DNA of 63,066 bases, filler included, from Gonapodya sp. JEL0774 (taxonomy: Eukaryota), in assembly GCA_027604505.1 (NCBI GenBank). It is 26 parts of 26 records of this genome, joined end to end, with 100 filler letters (N's around TTAATTAATTAA, not from the genome) between each part and the next. Parts side by side here need not be neighbours in the genome. Positions count along the whole stretch, not along the records: positions 1 to 2,340 come from JADIIX010002007.1; positions 2,441 to 4,779 come from JADIIX010002008.1; positions 4,880 to 7,218 come from JADIIX010002009.1; positions 7,319 to 9,656 come from JADIIX010002010.1; positions 9,757 to 12,094 come from JADIIX010002011.1; 21 more parts are not named here. One strand, written 5' to 3'. The notes below the pieces were generated by a model, which saw nothing but the letters and a program-made list of their open reading frames with translations, searched no databases and was not told the origin of the DNA. This document shows, piece by piece, positions 1 through 12,194 of this stretch; positions within the stretch are counted from its first letter, which is position 1; every line of letters starts with the position of its first letter. Position numbers and translations under genes: made by a program.

Positions 1-215
1 GGATTCTGCTCGCCTTGAATCTTATACAATGTGTAAAGGTCTTGTCGTGGCTATAAAATACGGTGTGGTGTAGGGTGGGGTTGTGCGGCTTGGTGAGGTT
101 CGCCGCAGATCACCAATTACCCGCCCCACAACACAAATCTGTTTCTGAACAACAGAATCAAGATTTCGCCAGGATAAAAAAATCGACGAATCGGCGCTTG
201 CGAGTGCGGGCATCG

Positions 216-2340
216 ATGCGGAAACGAACACGGACGCGGTTGCGGCGATGGACGGCTGGGTGGATTGCTGCTGCTGGCTTGTTGGCGATGGTGCAGTGGG
301 GCGCGATGCCCGCGAACGCGCAGACTTCAGACTGCACTCCGCTTGAAAAACTCTTTGAACAGTCGGGCGTTGCACTTGGGTGGTCAAAGGGAAATTGCTG
401 CGCTTCGTCAAACAACCCCCACACTGGTGGAAAGTTTGTCACCTGCGACGCGAGCGCGCGAGTTACGGCTGCAGATTTCACGGGTCTCAGGCTGGCGGGG
501 ACGATTCCCACGGCAGTTGCGGGGCTTTCGAATCTGCAAAGACTGGGGTTGTCCGCAAACCAGGTCTCGGGCCAGTTCCCCGATCTCTCGGCCCTGTACA
601 GCCTGACCAGTCTGGAGGTGGACCAAAACAACCTCGCAGGACTGCTCGATGGGAAAATCCCGGCTGGGGTGCAAATCTGTAAACTCACGTCGAACTCAGC
701 ATTCACGACGTGCGGAACACTGCCTGCAGCCTGTCAGGGTCAAGGAATCAAAACCGCATCGTCCGGTTGTGCGGCTTTCGTGGCCGCTGCTGCCCCTCCT
801 CCACCCCTTCCTCCGCCACCGCCACCACCTCCGCCACCCCTTCCGCCTCCACCGCCTGCGCTCGCTGTTGTGGCTCCCCCACCTGCGGTTGCTCCACCCC
901 CACCCCCGCCACCCCCGCCACCTCCGCCCCCACCGGCATCCCCATCCCCAACACCTGTTTACATCCAACCCGTGCAACCTCCTCCTGCTCCATCCAGTAG
1001 AACCGCGGCTCCGTCGGTAGTCTCTCCAGCACCAGTCAACGCCGCTGCGAGATCCCCCGCTGTCTCACCTGCTGCCATGGTGGTTCTGGCCTCGTCCTCG
1101 ACAACGCAGTCGCATTCACCTTCGACTTCACACTCTACATTTACGATCAATGCATACTTGCCCGCGTCGCCGTCAATCATCCCCTCTTCCGGCTCCACAT
1201 CCAGCTCCACCTCCTCGCAGCAACCAATAGCAGCCTCCCCCACTCCCGACTTCACCTCTCTCCCCTCCGACACCCCGGCTGTTCAAAACACCAACGGCGA
1301 CTCTGCCAACGCAAATGCAGCACCACCCCAAACCATGTCCTCATCCACCATGATCATAACTATTGCCGGCGCATCAGCAGGCGCTCTTGCATTGCTTGCC
1401 GGGTGTTTCATCGGTGGATGTGTGTATCGGAGGAGGAAAATGAACGAGCGAAACATATCGGCCTGGAAGGCTGGCTCGGAATACGATGATATGTATAAGG
1501 GCGAGAAGGAATGGTCGAGTGAGTGTCCTCCCGCAACTCCATCGCAAATCCGTCTCACCATTCGATGTACCTTCCTTCGCAATCGCCTTTTTCAGCCCCA
1601 ACCAGCACCCCTCCGCAATCCCCAACATGGACCATCGGCACTGTCATCTCGAGCGTCAGTTCCCGCCTTGCCCCGTCTGTAGAATCGCTCGCCGCAGCGG
1701 GTGGAACACACCGCGGGCGTGGACCCACGGTGGCTCATCTCTCCACCGCCGATTTCAACCCCAACCCGAACTCGAACTCGTCCTACTCAACAGGTTCGGG
1801 ATCGTCGAGATTTCTTTCTCCAAACTCCGCACATTCGAACCGTCTCAGCCCCCAATCCCCACCCGAGTCCAGCGCCCAGCAGGATCTCGACCCCTCCCGC
1901 ATTCCACCTCCCTCCCGATGGTCCTGGGCGAGCAGTAACTTCTCGTGGGGATCTCCTCTCTCAGGCTCACGATCTCGAACCAGCGTCCCGCCGAAGCGAT
2001 CGCCACTCTCTGCGTCCACTGCGTCGCCGGTTTCACCGGACGAGGATCGCGGAAGGGACAGGACGAGAAGAGCGAGCGTGCCTCCAGCACAGGTTTTGGC
2101 TACGCTGGACGACTCCCCCAGGGTTTCGTTGAGTGATGTGGCGCCAGGGTTGGCAGCGGTGTTGGAACAGGCTGAGGCCGGGGTGATGAGAGACCAGGAC
2201 GAGGCTGATAGAGCCTCGAAGACAATCACAACCACGGGATTACCTGGAGCACTCGGTGAATCAGGTCGACTCTCGGAATCTGCCACACTCACTCCGACGT
2301 GGTCGAGCTCCCGACCCACCGGTACTGTACCGCATTCCCC
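216..2340 (+). CDS. Single-pass receptor-like protein: signal peptide, plant-type LRRs, Pro/Ser-rich stalk, TM helix and Ser-rich cytoplasmic tail (frame change near 1520; 3' truncated)
   Basis: Hydrophobic leader WIAAAGLLAMVQWGAMPANA and Cys-containing LRR cap. LRRs LAGTIPTAVAGLSNLQRLGLSANQVSGQFPDLSALYSLTSLEVDQNNLAG, then poly-Pro, TM IITIAGASAGALALLAGCFIGGCVY and RRRK. The tail appears to continue in ORF 1523..2392. Start codon is uncertain. Confidence 0.75.
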
Positions 2341-2440
2341 NNNNNNNNNNNNNNNNNNNNNNNNNNNNNNNNNNNNNNNNNNNNTTAATTAATTAANNNN
2401 NNNNNNNNNNNNNNNNNNNNNNNNNNNNNNNNNNNNNNNN

Positions 2441-3090
2441 AATACGGAAAGCCAGAGAGTAGGGAATACCTTGAGCACTTTGTCCGTTCGCACGTGAGGT
2501 TCCATCCCTGTCAGACTACGCGTTACAGGACTACTTGAACGTGCTAACTTACTAATGTCTCCTACCACAGGCCGTTACCGTCTACCACCCAAGTATGTAT
2601 CTTTTTTGAACGGGCGCCTCAATATTCGTACGATTTAATTGTCCCTCTTCTCTCACTCGCAACCTTGGAAAATTGTTCAGCATCGAGTGAGTTTTCTCCG
2701 ACCATACAATGCGAGGTGGTAGAGTTGTGACTTCCTTCTTTTTCTGATCTAGCTTGTCGCATGGGACCGGATTCTGACCGTAACTCAGTAGTGGACCTTA
2801 GCTTGAAAGTTAAGGGTGCGAACAAGCTCAGGATCGTGGACGCTTCCATTTTCCCTGACATTGTGATGGTGTGTAATTTGTGTTGCCCTTACATCTTGTT
2901 TCGCCAGTCAATTCAAGTGGCCCCGTTGATATCAAAAGGGTAACACTAACGCACCTGTGTATGCTGTAGCAGAGAAGGTGAGCACGTATCCGACCTTGCC
3001 TGTCTCATGTTTTGATCTCTCAAATGAATCTGTGGGTGTCGTTGATAGGCCGCCGATATCATCAAGCAAGAGCACGGCCTCAAGGCTTAG
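2441..3090 (+). CDS. GMC (glucose-methanol-choline) oxidoreductase, C-terminal exons
   Basis: Spliced motifs TVYHP, CRMGPDSDRNSVVDLSLKVKGANKLRIVDASIFP, GNTNAPVYAVAEK and AADII. Stop TAG at 3088-3090. Confidence 0.9.
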
Positions 3091-3530
3091 CAACATGAGC
3101 TTCATTTATTGCCACCACAATGAATTATGTATCACCTCATGAACCATGCATCCGAAACATAGATTGGTTTAGGCAGTTTCCTATGCCTGCTGCTGTTGCT
3201 CTTGGTGAAAATGATCACTGTAATGCGAAGTACGTGAGCGATAGGACTCGCCGTGGCAGTTGGACAGTGAGCGTGTCAAGTGTACTCGGCTCGTCGGCAT
3301 TTCAGAGTGAGGGAGGACCCTTATCGCTCCCCACCGCGGTTCAACCTTGAACACTCCAGCCGCCGCGAAATTTTTCTCGCAGATTCGGTGACCTGAAACC
3401 GGAACTCCCAACTTGCCGTACGTATCTCATCGTCTGTAGGTCTGAGCGCTCTGTGCTCTCCAGGAATCCGGACTCACTCCGATGTCATCCCGACCCGCTC
3501 ACTCCAGAGCTTGTCTCCCACTTTCCAATC

Positions 3531-4779
3531 ATGCTGACCCGCGCTCGCTTCCCGGCTTTGATGGCCGCTGCCGGTGTCTCCACATACTCCATCTTCGGCT
3601 TTGGTGGATCGAAGGTGACCCCGGTCGATGGAAAGGAGTATGATTGTGAGTTCTTTCGTCAAGTGTTGATGATTGGTATCCGCTCACTGATAACCGAATT
3701 AATTCGTCAAACTCAATAATTGTGATTCTAGTCGTTATCGTAGGCTCGGGCTCGGCTGGCAGTGTTCTCGCCTCTCGATTGTCGGAGGTGAAGCCAGAAT
3801 TTCGTCGCCAACTCGAACATGAGGACCCCACTCCCTAACCGACTGGTAAACTTTCAGGACCCCAATGTCAGCGTTCTTTTGCTGGAAGCTGGAAGAGATA
3901 ATGACCATTTTGATGTTCATCACATGTCGTGAGTGATTGACATGGTTGGCTTCCAACACGATAACGATTGACTGGGTTTCAACCCCACCAATACTGGATT
4001 TGTCAAGGCGTGTCGCTCAACTGCAGAATACATCGTTTGATTGGAGTTTCCGGAGTTCCCCTCAAACCTCCACTTACAACCGAATACATTTTCTTCCCCG
4101 TGGGAAGGTGTGTTAATTCAAGTTGCTGAAGAAACTTACTGGAAACGATTGCTTTTACGTACCGCTAATAGGCACTGGGTGGATCTTCGTCGATAAATGG
4201 TGCAGTTTATGTCCGCTGTCCACCGGAGGATTACAATGTGGGTCCGCACTCGGTGTTTGTGCACAGGCCACCCATCCGACACAAGCACACCATCTCTTCA
4301 CTGACCTCAGGAATGGGCGCAGAAGTGGGGCTGCAAAGGTTGGGACTACAAATCCCTCCTCCCTTACTTCATGAAGTCGGAGCGTCTCCAGGACGAGAGC
4401 GGCAATGCCGTGAAACTTCCTGAGCACGGAAACGACGGACCACTGGCAGTTACGTACTTTACCCTAGCACAAGCCGAAACTCAGATTTCTCCTTGGCTTG
4501 GTCACCTCTACAGAGGATTTGTCAACGCCGGAATCGACAAAGCAACAGACGACTATCACAAGGGAGATTTCCGTGGAGTGGCAATCACACAACATAACGT
4601 TGATCGAGGCGTGAGAGCAGACGCCTATCTCTCATGGATTAAGAAAACTGGAGCAGAAAACAGAAAGAACCTCACTGTTGTTCCGGTAGGTATCCCACTA
4701 TTCAGGGTTATGAATTCCCAATCTTGACCTCTTAACGTACCATCCCGCGCAAAGCACTCTCAAGCTACGAAAATTATTT
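3531..4779 (+). CDS. GMC oxidoreductase, N-terminal exons (second tandem copy)
   Basis: EYD..VIVGSGSAGSVLASRLSE FAD-binding motif, DPNVSVLLLEAG, PRGK..GGSSSING, LPYFMKSE and HGNDGPL. Many short introns. Confidence 0.9.
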
Positions 4780-4879
4780 NNNNNNNNNNNNNNNNNNNNN
4801 NNNNNNNNNNNNNNNNNNNNNNNTTAATTAATTAANNNNNNNNNNNNNNNNNNNNNNNNNNNNNNNNNNNNNNNNNNNN

Positions 4880-7218
4880 TCAGCCTCAGTCTTGGGACAA
4901 TCAGCTCTGGTAAGTCTTACACCAGGTTGCAAAGGTGTGCCAACAGGTTGTACATTCAACATTCCAACTTCCTCCAAAAGGTCAATAATTTTGCTATGAT
5001 GGTGGATGAAGATGGTACCAGTCACAGGGTTCTGGTGCTTTTGAACTGCAAGGAAAATTTCCAGATTTCCAGATTTCACTTTCAAGTGCTGTGCCAACCA
5101 ACTCCTTTGAAAATTCATCTAGGAGGGCATCTGAGACAGCTGCTGCCAATAAATCATCAACATGAACACCAACAAATATAAGTTGCTTTCCATTCTCATC
5201 TTTCTTCACATGCACAACTGCTTTCACAATTTCTGACCAGTATGATAGTGGCAAGTTGGACATGTTCATGATGCACCTGGCTGGCTCGATCACAGTTCTG
5301 TTTCCCCTCTCTGCTTTGCCATTAAGTTCTGGAGTTCTTGGTGGGCTCTCTCCATCATCAATCCCATTTTCCTTCATCCATGCTTGCATTGAGTTTGACT
5401 TCAAAAGCTCCCCCGCATTATCACTTCTCAGTTGCTTTAAGATGAATGTTCCAGGGTACTGCTTCTCCATTTTCAACTTGTACTCTTTTATCCTTGCTTC
5501 AGCATCTGACTTCAACCTCAGCAGCTCAATGTGAATATTAGAAGATGCTTCATCAATCAACAGAAGCATGTACTTCTCCTTCTTCAGTCCTTCCACTCTT
5601 GCCGGTCCCCATAAGTCCAAGTGAACTCTTCCTCCAGGTTGAGTTTCTTTTTCCCTTGGTGGTTTGCTAAAAGGTAGCTTAGATGCCTTGCCAATCTCGC
5701 AGCCCAGGCAATGTAGAGGGTTGTGCACATGTTCAGCCAGAAAGTCAGGCATTTTCCCAGACTTTGGAATGTTCACAAGATCTCTGTCTCCAACGTGTGC
5801 CAGCTTTAAATGTGCCAATGCATGCTTGATGATATTGTCAGCTGGATCTACACTATGAAACTCTGCATTTCCAACACTTGGGTAAATCACTGAAATAGGC
5901 ATATCATAAAGATTGCCAGAGCACCTATAACCTCTGCAAACTTCTCTTCCCTTCTGATCACTGATAACACATGTATTCTCATATGCTGGAAAGCTGATCT
6001 GAAATCCAAGAGCTTGAAGTGAAGCTGTTGCTAACAAAGTATTCCTTGCGTTTGGATCCAGAATAACTCTTCCTATCTTAACATCAACAAACTTCTGAGG
6101 TCCCTGAAATCTGAGAGACAGAGATCCACGTCCAGAAGCCAAAGAGTTGGCCCCTTTTGCAGCCAAAGCTAACATGACAGGTTGTGGAGAGAAATTCACC
6201 AGAGCATCACTTAAAGATGTAATGCAATCAGTTGCAGCTGAATCAATAAGTATTCTGTGCTGAGAACTAGCACCCAAGAAACACAGAGCTTTTACACTGG
6301 GTCCAAAATGATCAACATCAGCATTTGCAAGACAAGTTTTCGTGTGTTCAGTCTCTATTTTCAACTCATCTGTCTTGTGGCCACTTGCAACGGGGTCTTT
6401 GCAAGATCCCTTTTGGGGACTAAGGCCTTGTCCCTTCGACACCCCCGCACCCCAATTTGCTGCAGGTGGAGTTGTGGGTGGTGTCGGCCAGGTAGACCTG
6501 GACTTAAACGTTGTTTTCACATCTCCCTTAATTATCCTCCTGCATTGTGATTTATGATGTCCAACAATCTCACAGTTTGTGCATTTGATATTGAGAGCAC
6601 AACTGTTCTCATAACTCTTCATCATCTCAACAGACTTCAAAGCATTCACAACATCCAGAAACCTGGCATCAGGTTTACTAAACCAGATAGCTGCTTCCAT
6701 GGGGTACTGGTGTTTCACAGCAGCAAGAAAATAGTGGACCTTGTCTACTTCAGCAACAGGCTGATCTGGACACAGATCTGCCAACCTGGCAAAAGAATTA
6801 GTTAAGTCCTGCATTAAGTCAGAGACATTGGTCTTCAACTTCATATTCTGAAGCTTGTTCATATCTCTCAGAGAGTAACTTTGGCTCATAAAGAGTCTTC
6901 AAGTTGGCCCAGTTGTCAGCAGCTGACTTCTCCCTGTGTAAGACTCCACACAATCCATCAGCAACTGTTGCATATAAAGCTGCCCTTACTGCACTATTCT
7001 TTTTGTCCCATATCTGCTGTTCAGCATCACTGTTTGGTCTAGCTTCTGTCCCATTCAAAATCCCACTTAGTACATGTGCATCCAGCTCCACTTCAAATTT
7101 ATCTCTCCACACTTTAAACTTTTCTCCAGAATCAAGAACATCCACAACCTTCTTAAAAGTGTTAGAAGAGAGATGATAATCCATTTCAGACCAACAGGTG
7201 AAGGACCCAAGCACTGAA
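4880..7218 (-). mobile_element. Ty1/copia LTR retrotransposon gag-pol, frameshifted and internally deleted
   Basis: Gag N-terminus (ATG 7184), CCHC knuckle CTNCEIVGHHKSQC and protease LIDSAAT. Integrase H..LAH/CLGCEIGK, HLDLWGP, LRSDNAGE and PELNGKAERGN, followed abruptly by RT VGVHVDDLL. PR-IN-RT order defines copia. Confidence 0.93.
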
Positions 7219-7318
7219 NNNNNNNNNNNNNNNNNNNNNNNNNNNNNNNNNNNNNNNNNNNNTTAATTAATTAANNNNNNNNNNNNNNNNNNNNNNNNNN
7301 NNNNNNNNNNNNNNNNNN

Positions 7319-9656
7319 TGCTTCAAAATCTGTAGCTCCTCCTCTTTTACAGTCACAGCCTTCTTCGCACTATCGAGAAGTGCGGTCAGCTCTGCGTTGA
7401 TCCGTTCAAAATTCTCAATCTCCTCGAGCTTTGAGGCAAACTCTCGTTTGAGCTCATCTGCTTCTTCCTCGGCTACACTCCATTCAGTGTTGTATTCTCG
7501 TTGAGCAAGCTCCATCGCTCTCTGATGATCTTCAATGGCAAACTTGAGATCGACTTCCCTTTTCTCCAAAGTTGTCGTCAATCGGTCCACAGCTGTCTCC
7601 AACGTGGAAACTTTCTCTGCCAGTCGCTGTAGCTCCAATGTTTTGTCAGCAACAGATGTGTTGAGTGAGTGATTCGCAAGCTCCACATCCCTCAATTCCT
7701 GTGATCGCTCGGACAACTGATTATACAGAGTGATGAGCTGCTCTCCCGCAGAGATTGACTGAGCCTCAGAGTGTCGATATGCTGCTTCAAGTGCCGCGAT
7801 TTTCTTCGCCTGTGCAGTTTCCAGCGTTGTCAGTTCCAATATTCTCTTTTCCGAGTCCAGCAACTTTGCTTCAATCTCGGTAACAGCTCGAGTGTGTTCC
7901 GACTCTTGATTCCTCAAACGTTCAACCAGAGTCTGAACAGTCTCATCAAATGACTGCGATTCCAGTTTGGCGTCTTCGAGTTGGGTTATTAGGACCGACT
8001 GCGAATTTTGAAGACCTTCAAGATTCTGTCGCAATTCCACCACGCTTCCCTCGGCTACCAGTAGCTGGTTTTCCAGGGATTGTATAAGTCCAGATTTCTG
8101 TGCTAATAAAGACTCATTCGAGTGAAGCGCTTCCTCCACCACCGCGATTTGTAATTTGAGCTCCTGTTCACGACTGTCGGAAGCGCTCAACTTCTCCGCC
8201 AGCTCAGTATATTGAGATGATAGGTCAGCTCCATGGCTCTGCTCTTCTAGAAGTGACATTTCCAAATCCTCGATCCGCTGCACGTAGAAAGCGACCGCGT
8301 GGTTCGCATCGAAAAGTTTGGAATCCATCTCGAGTTTTGCTTTTGCCAGGGCCTCGCATTCCAATCGAGTCTCTGATAAAGTTCCCTCCAGCACCACCAC
8401 ACGGTCTTCTTGTAATTTTAGAGCTGCCAAGACATCTTTTGAATGAGCGGAACTCTCCCGTTTCGATTGTTCAAGGTCAGTGACTGCTACTTCCAGCATA
8501 GACTTTTGATTCTCAAAAGCTTTGCGAGTTTCAGCCAAGTCAGCTTTACTGGTTTGGAGGGCTTGAGTAAGGGTGGCGAGTTCTGACTTTGCAGACTTAT
8601 AACAATGTAAGAAACGAGGGGACTGATCAACACACGCCATTTATCATGCTCATCAGTACAGCACCAAACCAACCTGAAGTTTCCTTTCGGCCGTCCTCGT
8701 AACAGCTTCCACCTCCCTCTTCCACTTTTCGCCAACGTCCACGGCGGCTTCTTCGGCACGTCGTGTTAGGTCCGCGATGGCATTCTTCTTGTCCCGACTA
8801 AGTTTATCGACATTCGCCCGAAGGTGTGTGATTGTGCTCTCCGAGAGCTCTAGATCCTCCGTCAAACTTGCGATTCGATCTCTCAAGTTGACGAGTTCCT
8901 TGTCCTTTTCCGCCATGGCTTTCGACGCGGAAGTGATTCTTTGATCAACATCCTTTGCGTTCAAGTTGATTGCATCTGCGGCCTCCAGTTTTGCACGATC
9001 AAAAGATTCTCTAAGAAGAGCGTTTTCGCGAATCGATTTTGATATCTTCGACTCCAGGTCAGATCTTTGGCGCTCCATGACCAGTATTCTGGCTTCAAGA
9101 GCCTCATTGTCACACAACAATTGCCTCTCCCGGTTGGAGAACTCGTCCGCAAGCTTCTTGCGCTGGTCTTGGTGACGGATACCAAAGTCAACGAGTTGCT
9201 GCTCGCGAACAGATGCCATACTTTCAAGATCTTGGATCTGCATTCCCAGACGTTGCTTCTCGTCTCTGGCATCCCTCAGCAGGATAGCAATGGAAGAGGT
9301 TTCCGCACGAGTTTCCTGAAATTGGTCAGTGGGGAGCACGGGAGGGCAGTACGGTTGAGAGAGTGAATTAAGCGACCACCTCCAAATACTCACTTGAAGT
9401 TTCAATTCGAGGTCTTCAATACGTGCGGTGAGCTGGAATACCGTAGCATCTTCTCGATTCTTAGCCACGGTCAATTCGGTCTTGAGGTCACGTATCTGCG
9501 CTTCTGTAGATGTTCGTTGCGAGGATAGCTCAGCAATCGAATTTTCTCCATCTGTTTTAGCTTGTCGCAGGTCTACATAATCGCGTTTTAACGTCGACAG
9601 ATTCATTTTTAGCTCGCTGATGGTCGCTTCTAACCTCGAGGTCAAGTCTTTTGAAT
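7319..9656 (-). CDS. Long coiled-coil protein, internal fragment
   Basis: ORFs 8653..9645 and 7267..8640 are continuous heptad-rich E/K/L/Q sequence separated by short GT-AG introns. Confidence 0.8.
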
Positions 9657-9756
9657 NNNNNNNNNNNNNNNNNNNNNNNNNNNNNNNNNNNNNNNNNNNN
9701 TTAATTAATTAANNNNNNNNNNNNNNNNNNNNNNNNNNNNNNNNNNNNNNNNNNNN

Positions 9757-9937
9757 AGACATGAAATACCCAACGGGAAGCATTGTTGTCAACGCCACGG
9801 CAGACGTGTTGGAAGGCAGCAAATGGCTCTTGACTGAAGGGAAGAAGCCCGAGGTGGCGTCCAAAATTTGGGATGAGCTCGTCAAGTTGGGGGGACTGGA
9901 GGCGGAGGTGAAGAAAGCCGAGCAGGCGAAGCTGTGA
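9757..9937 (+). CDS. 3' end of a gene ending in a PTS1-like tripeptide (..AEQAKL*)
   Basis: Open frame DMKYPTGS...VASKIWDELVKLGGLEAEVKKAEQAKL with TGA at 9935-9937. Confidence 0.55.
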
Positions 9938-10183
9938 TTTCGAGAGCTTTCAAAATTAGTTTGATGTCGGCTATCCAATTGAATATTTCATTCGTGCGGC
10001 GTATTTAGACTTTCATGTAGTATCTTTCCAAATGGTCTTCAATTCGAAATCGTCGTCAATGCGCAAATCCCCGACTGAAAAGGGCATTGTGGTTGTTATT
10101 ACGCTAGGTGATGCGGCTTCACGACCTGTAGTTGAGGGTGCCAGTGATTGACGGGAGGATTTACACATAAACATTATCCAAAC

Positions 10184-12073
10184 ATGTGGGGTCAAGGACA
10201 CCGGAAGCCCGCACCGATCATTTCCCAAGGTCGACAGGACTCGAATCCCACCTATGGCGTTGCAGCAGAAGACCACGCGGCTCCAGCTCCGGTCCCTGTA
10301 GTCCATGGTCATGTTACCCCTTCTGTACCGAAACCTCCCGCTCACCCTACGCACGACGACGCACGCCCAACGTACGGTGTACCTGAAGATGATTTCCTCG
10401 CCCCTGCTCCGGCTCCGATGATTCATTCATCTTCGAACGCTGTGTCACCACCAATCTCGTCAGGATCTCCCGCCAAGACTCCGATTCCAGCATCCGCCAA
10501 GGCACTTGCGGTCACTCTCCGCGATGCGATCCACTCCGACAAGAAGAAAGACGTCATCGACATCCTCTGCCGCAAACCGCCGAGTGAGCTGGCACCGGTC
10601 TTGGCATCGTTCAAGGAGCAGTTCGGAGAGTCGGCAGCGAAATGGATTCGAGGGAATTTGGGAGGTACCGACCAGCATCTTCTGAAAGTGTTGCAGGGAT
10701 GTGCTATGTCGGAGCTGGAGTTTGAGGTCTGGAGTCTTGGCTTGGCAAGTGAGTGCGGCTATAATGATGGACAGGCGGACATCTTGCGCGGGCAGTAGAG
10801 GTAAACAGTTTGAGCCGAGCTGCGATTTATGTTAAAAGTTTCAGCTTCTGGACGCCCACTAGGGTCTTTGTGCGTTGTGCCGTCTCTTCAAAACCTTAAG
10901 GATTGTCATTAGGAAGTTGCACAATCCCAAACTGCGGCATTCCATCTACTATTGTCGCGTTTGTATCATTAATGTCTTTCCTATGTCCGCAATTCTCGTT
11001 ATCTTGATCTTAACAGTGGAAAATGCGTCGATTCACGAAGACACGTTCACCGACATTCTTGTCGGTGGGACCACCGATGAAACTCGAGCCATCAAGTCAG
11101 CGTACCAGCAAATTCGTGGAAATTCACTTGAAGTGGACTTGCACAAGAGCTTGGGCATTTTGCAAAGGGACCTAATGAAGTTGTTTGACGGTGTACTCAA
11201 TGTAGGTACTGCTAGACCCAAAGATTGTATTCACGGAGATACGTGGGTGCCCAATGTGATGATATTTTCGACATTTCAGACAGATCGTCGAGAAGCTAGT
11301 GGCCGCCGCCTTGATGTCGCAGCAGACGCAAGAGCGCTATTCGAAGCGCGTAACGGAACTTTTGGACCGGATCAGGAGACGATATTCCAGATTCTCACAG
11401 AACGGTAAGTGCATTATAGTGACGCAGTCATGCTTACGTGCCTGTGCTCTCCCTTGAAGTGCTGAATTATGTACTCACCGGTTACCCTAACTTTCGTCAG
11501 TCCCGATGAGCACCTTCGCGCCGTCCTCGCCACTTTCGAACGCCAGTACCGCATGACTATGGAAGAGTTGGCTCGTGATAAGTTCAAGCTGAAGCCGCAT
11601 GTCTCGAGAGCTTTGCTGACCCTGATCGGAAGTCTGAAAGACCGCACTGGGCAGATCGCTGGTGTGTATGGAAGTTTTTCACTCAATTAGAGCTATTCGG
11701 CTCTCTTACTGTTGCTTGGCCCTTCTTCAGAGGAGTTTGAGCGTGCAATGTCCGCCAAACTTCTACAAGATCTTCGGGACGGGAAACTGGATGGAGTTCG
11801 AGAGGGAAGGCTTGCTCGATTGGCCGTGCGGTACAGGGATCCAGTAGCTATGAAGGCTATCAAGACTGCGTATTTCAATAAGTGAGTACTCATGTTCAGC
11901 GACAATGTCATCGAGATATGTGCGTCTACGAGCACTTCTGAGCATTGATGTGGCTTGTCCCCTCCAGACATGGTCAACCACTTGCTGTTCGTGTAGGTCA
12001 AGAGACAAAGGGGGAGTTCAGAAAAGCTCTTTTGGCGTGTTTAGGAGAAGCTCCGATGGTTGGCGATGATTGA
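10184..12073 (+). CDS. Annexin with Pro-rich N-terminal extension
   Basis: Four annexin-like repeats: AVTLRDAI..DVIDILC..FKEQFGES, FTDILVG..AIKSAYQQIRGNSLE, ADARALFEA..DQETIFQILTER and LARLAVR..IKTAYF..ETKGEFRKALLACLG. Several introns; TGA at 12071-12073. Confidence 0.85.
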
Positions 12074-12194
12074 TTGGTGTGCGAAGAGTTCAAGNNNNNN
12101 NNNNNNNNNNNNNNNNNNNNNNNNNNNNNNNNNNNNNNTTAATTAATTAANNNNNNNNNNNNNNNNNNNNNNNNNNNNNNNNNNNNNNNNNNNN

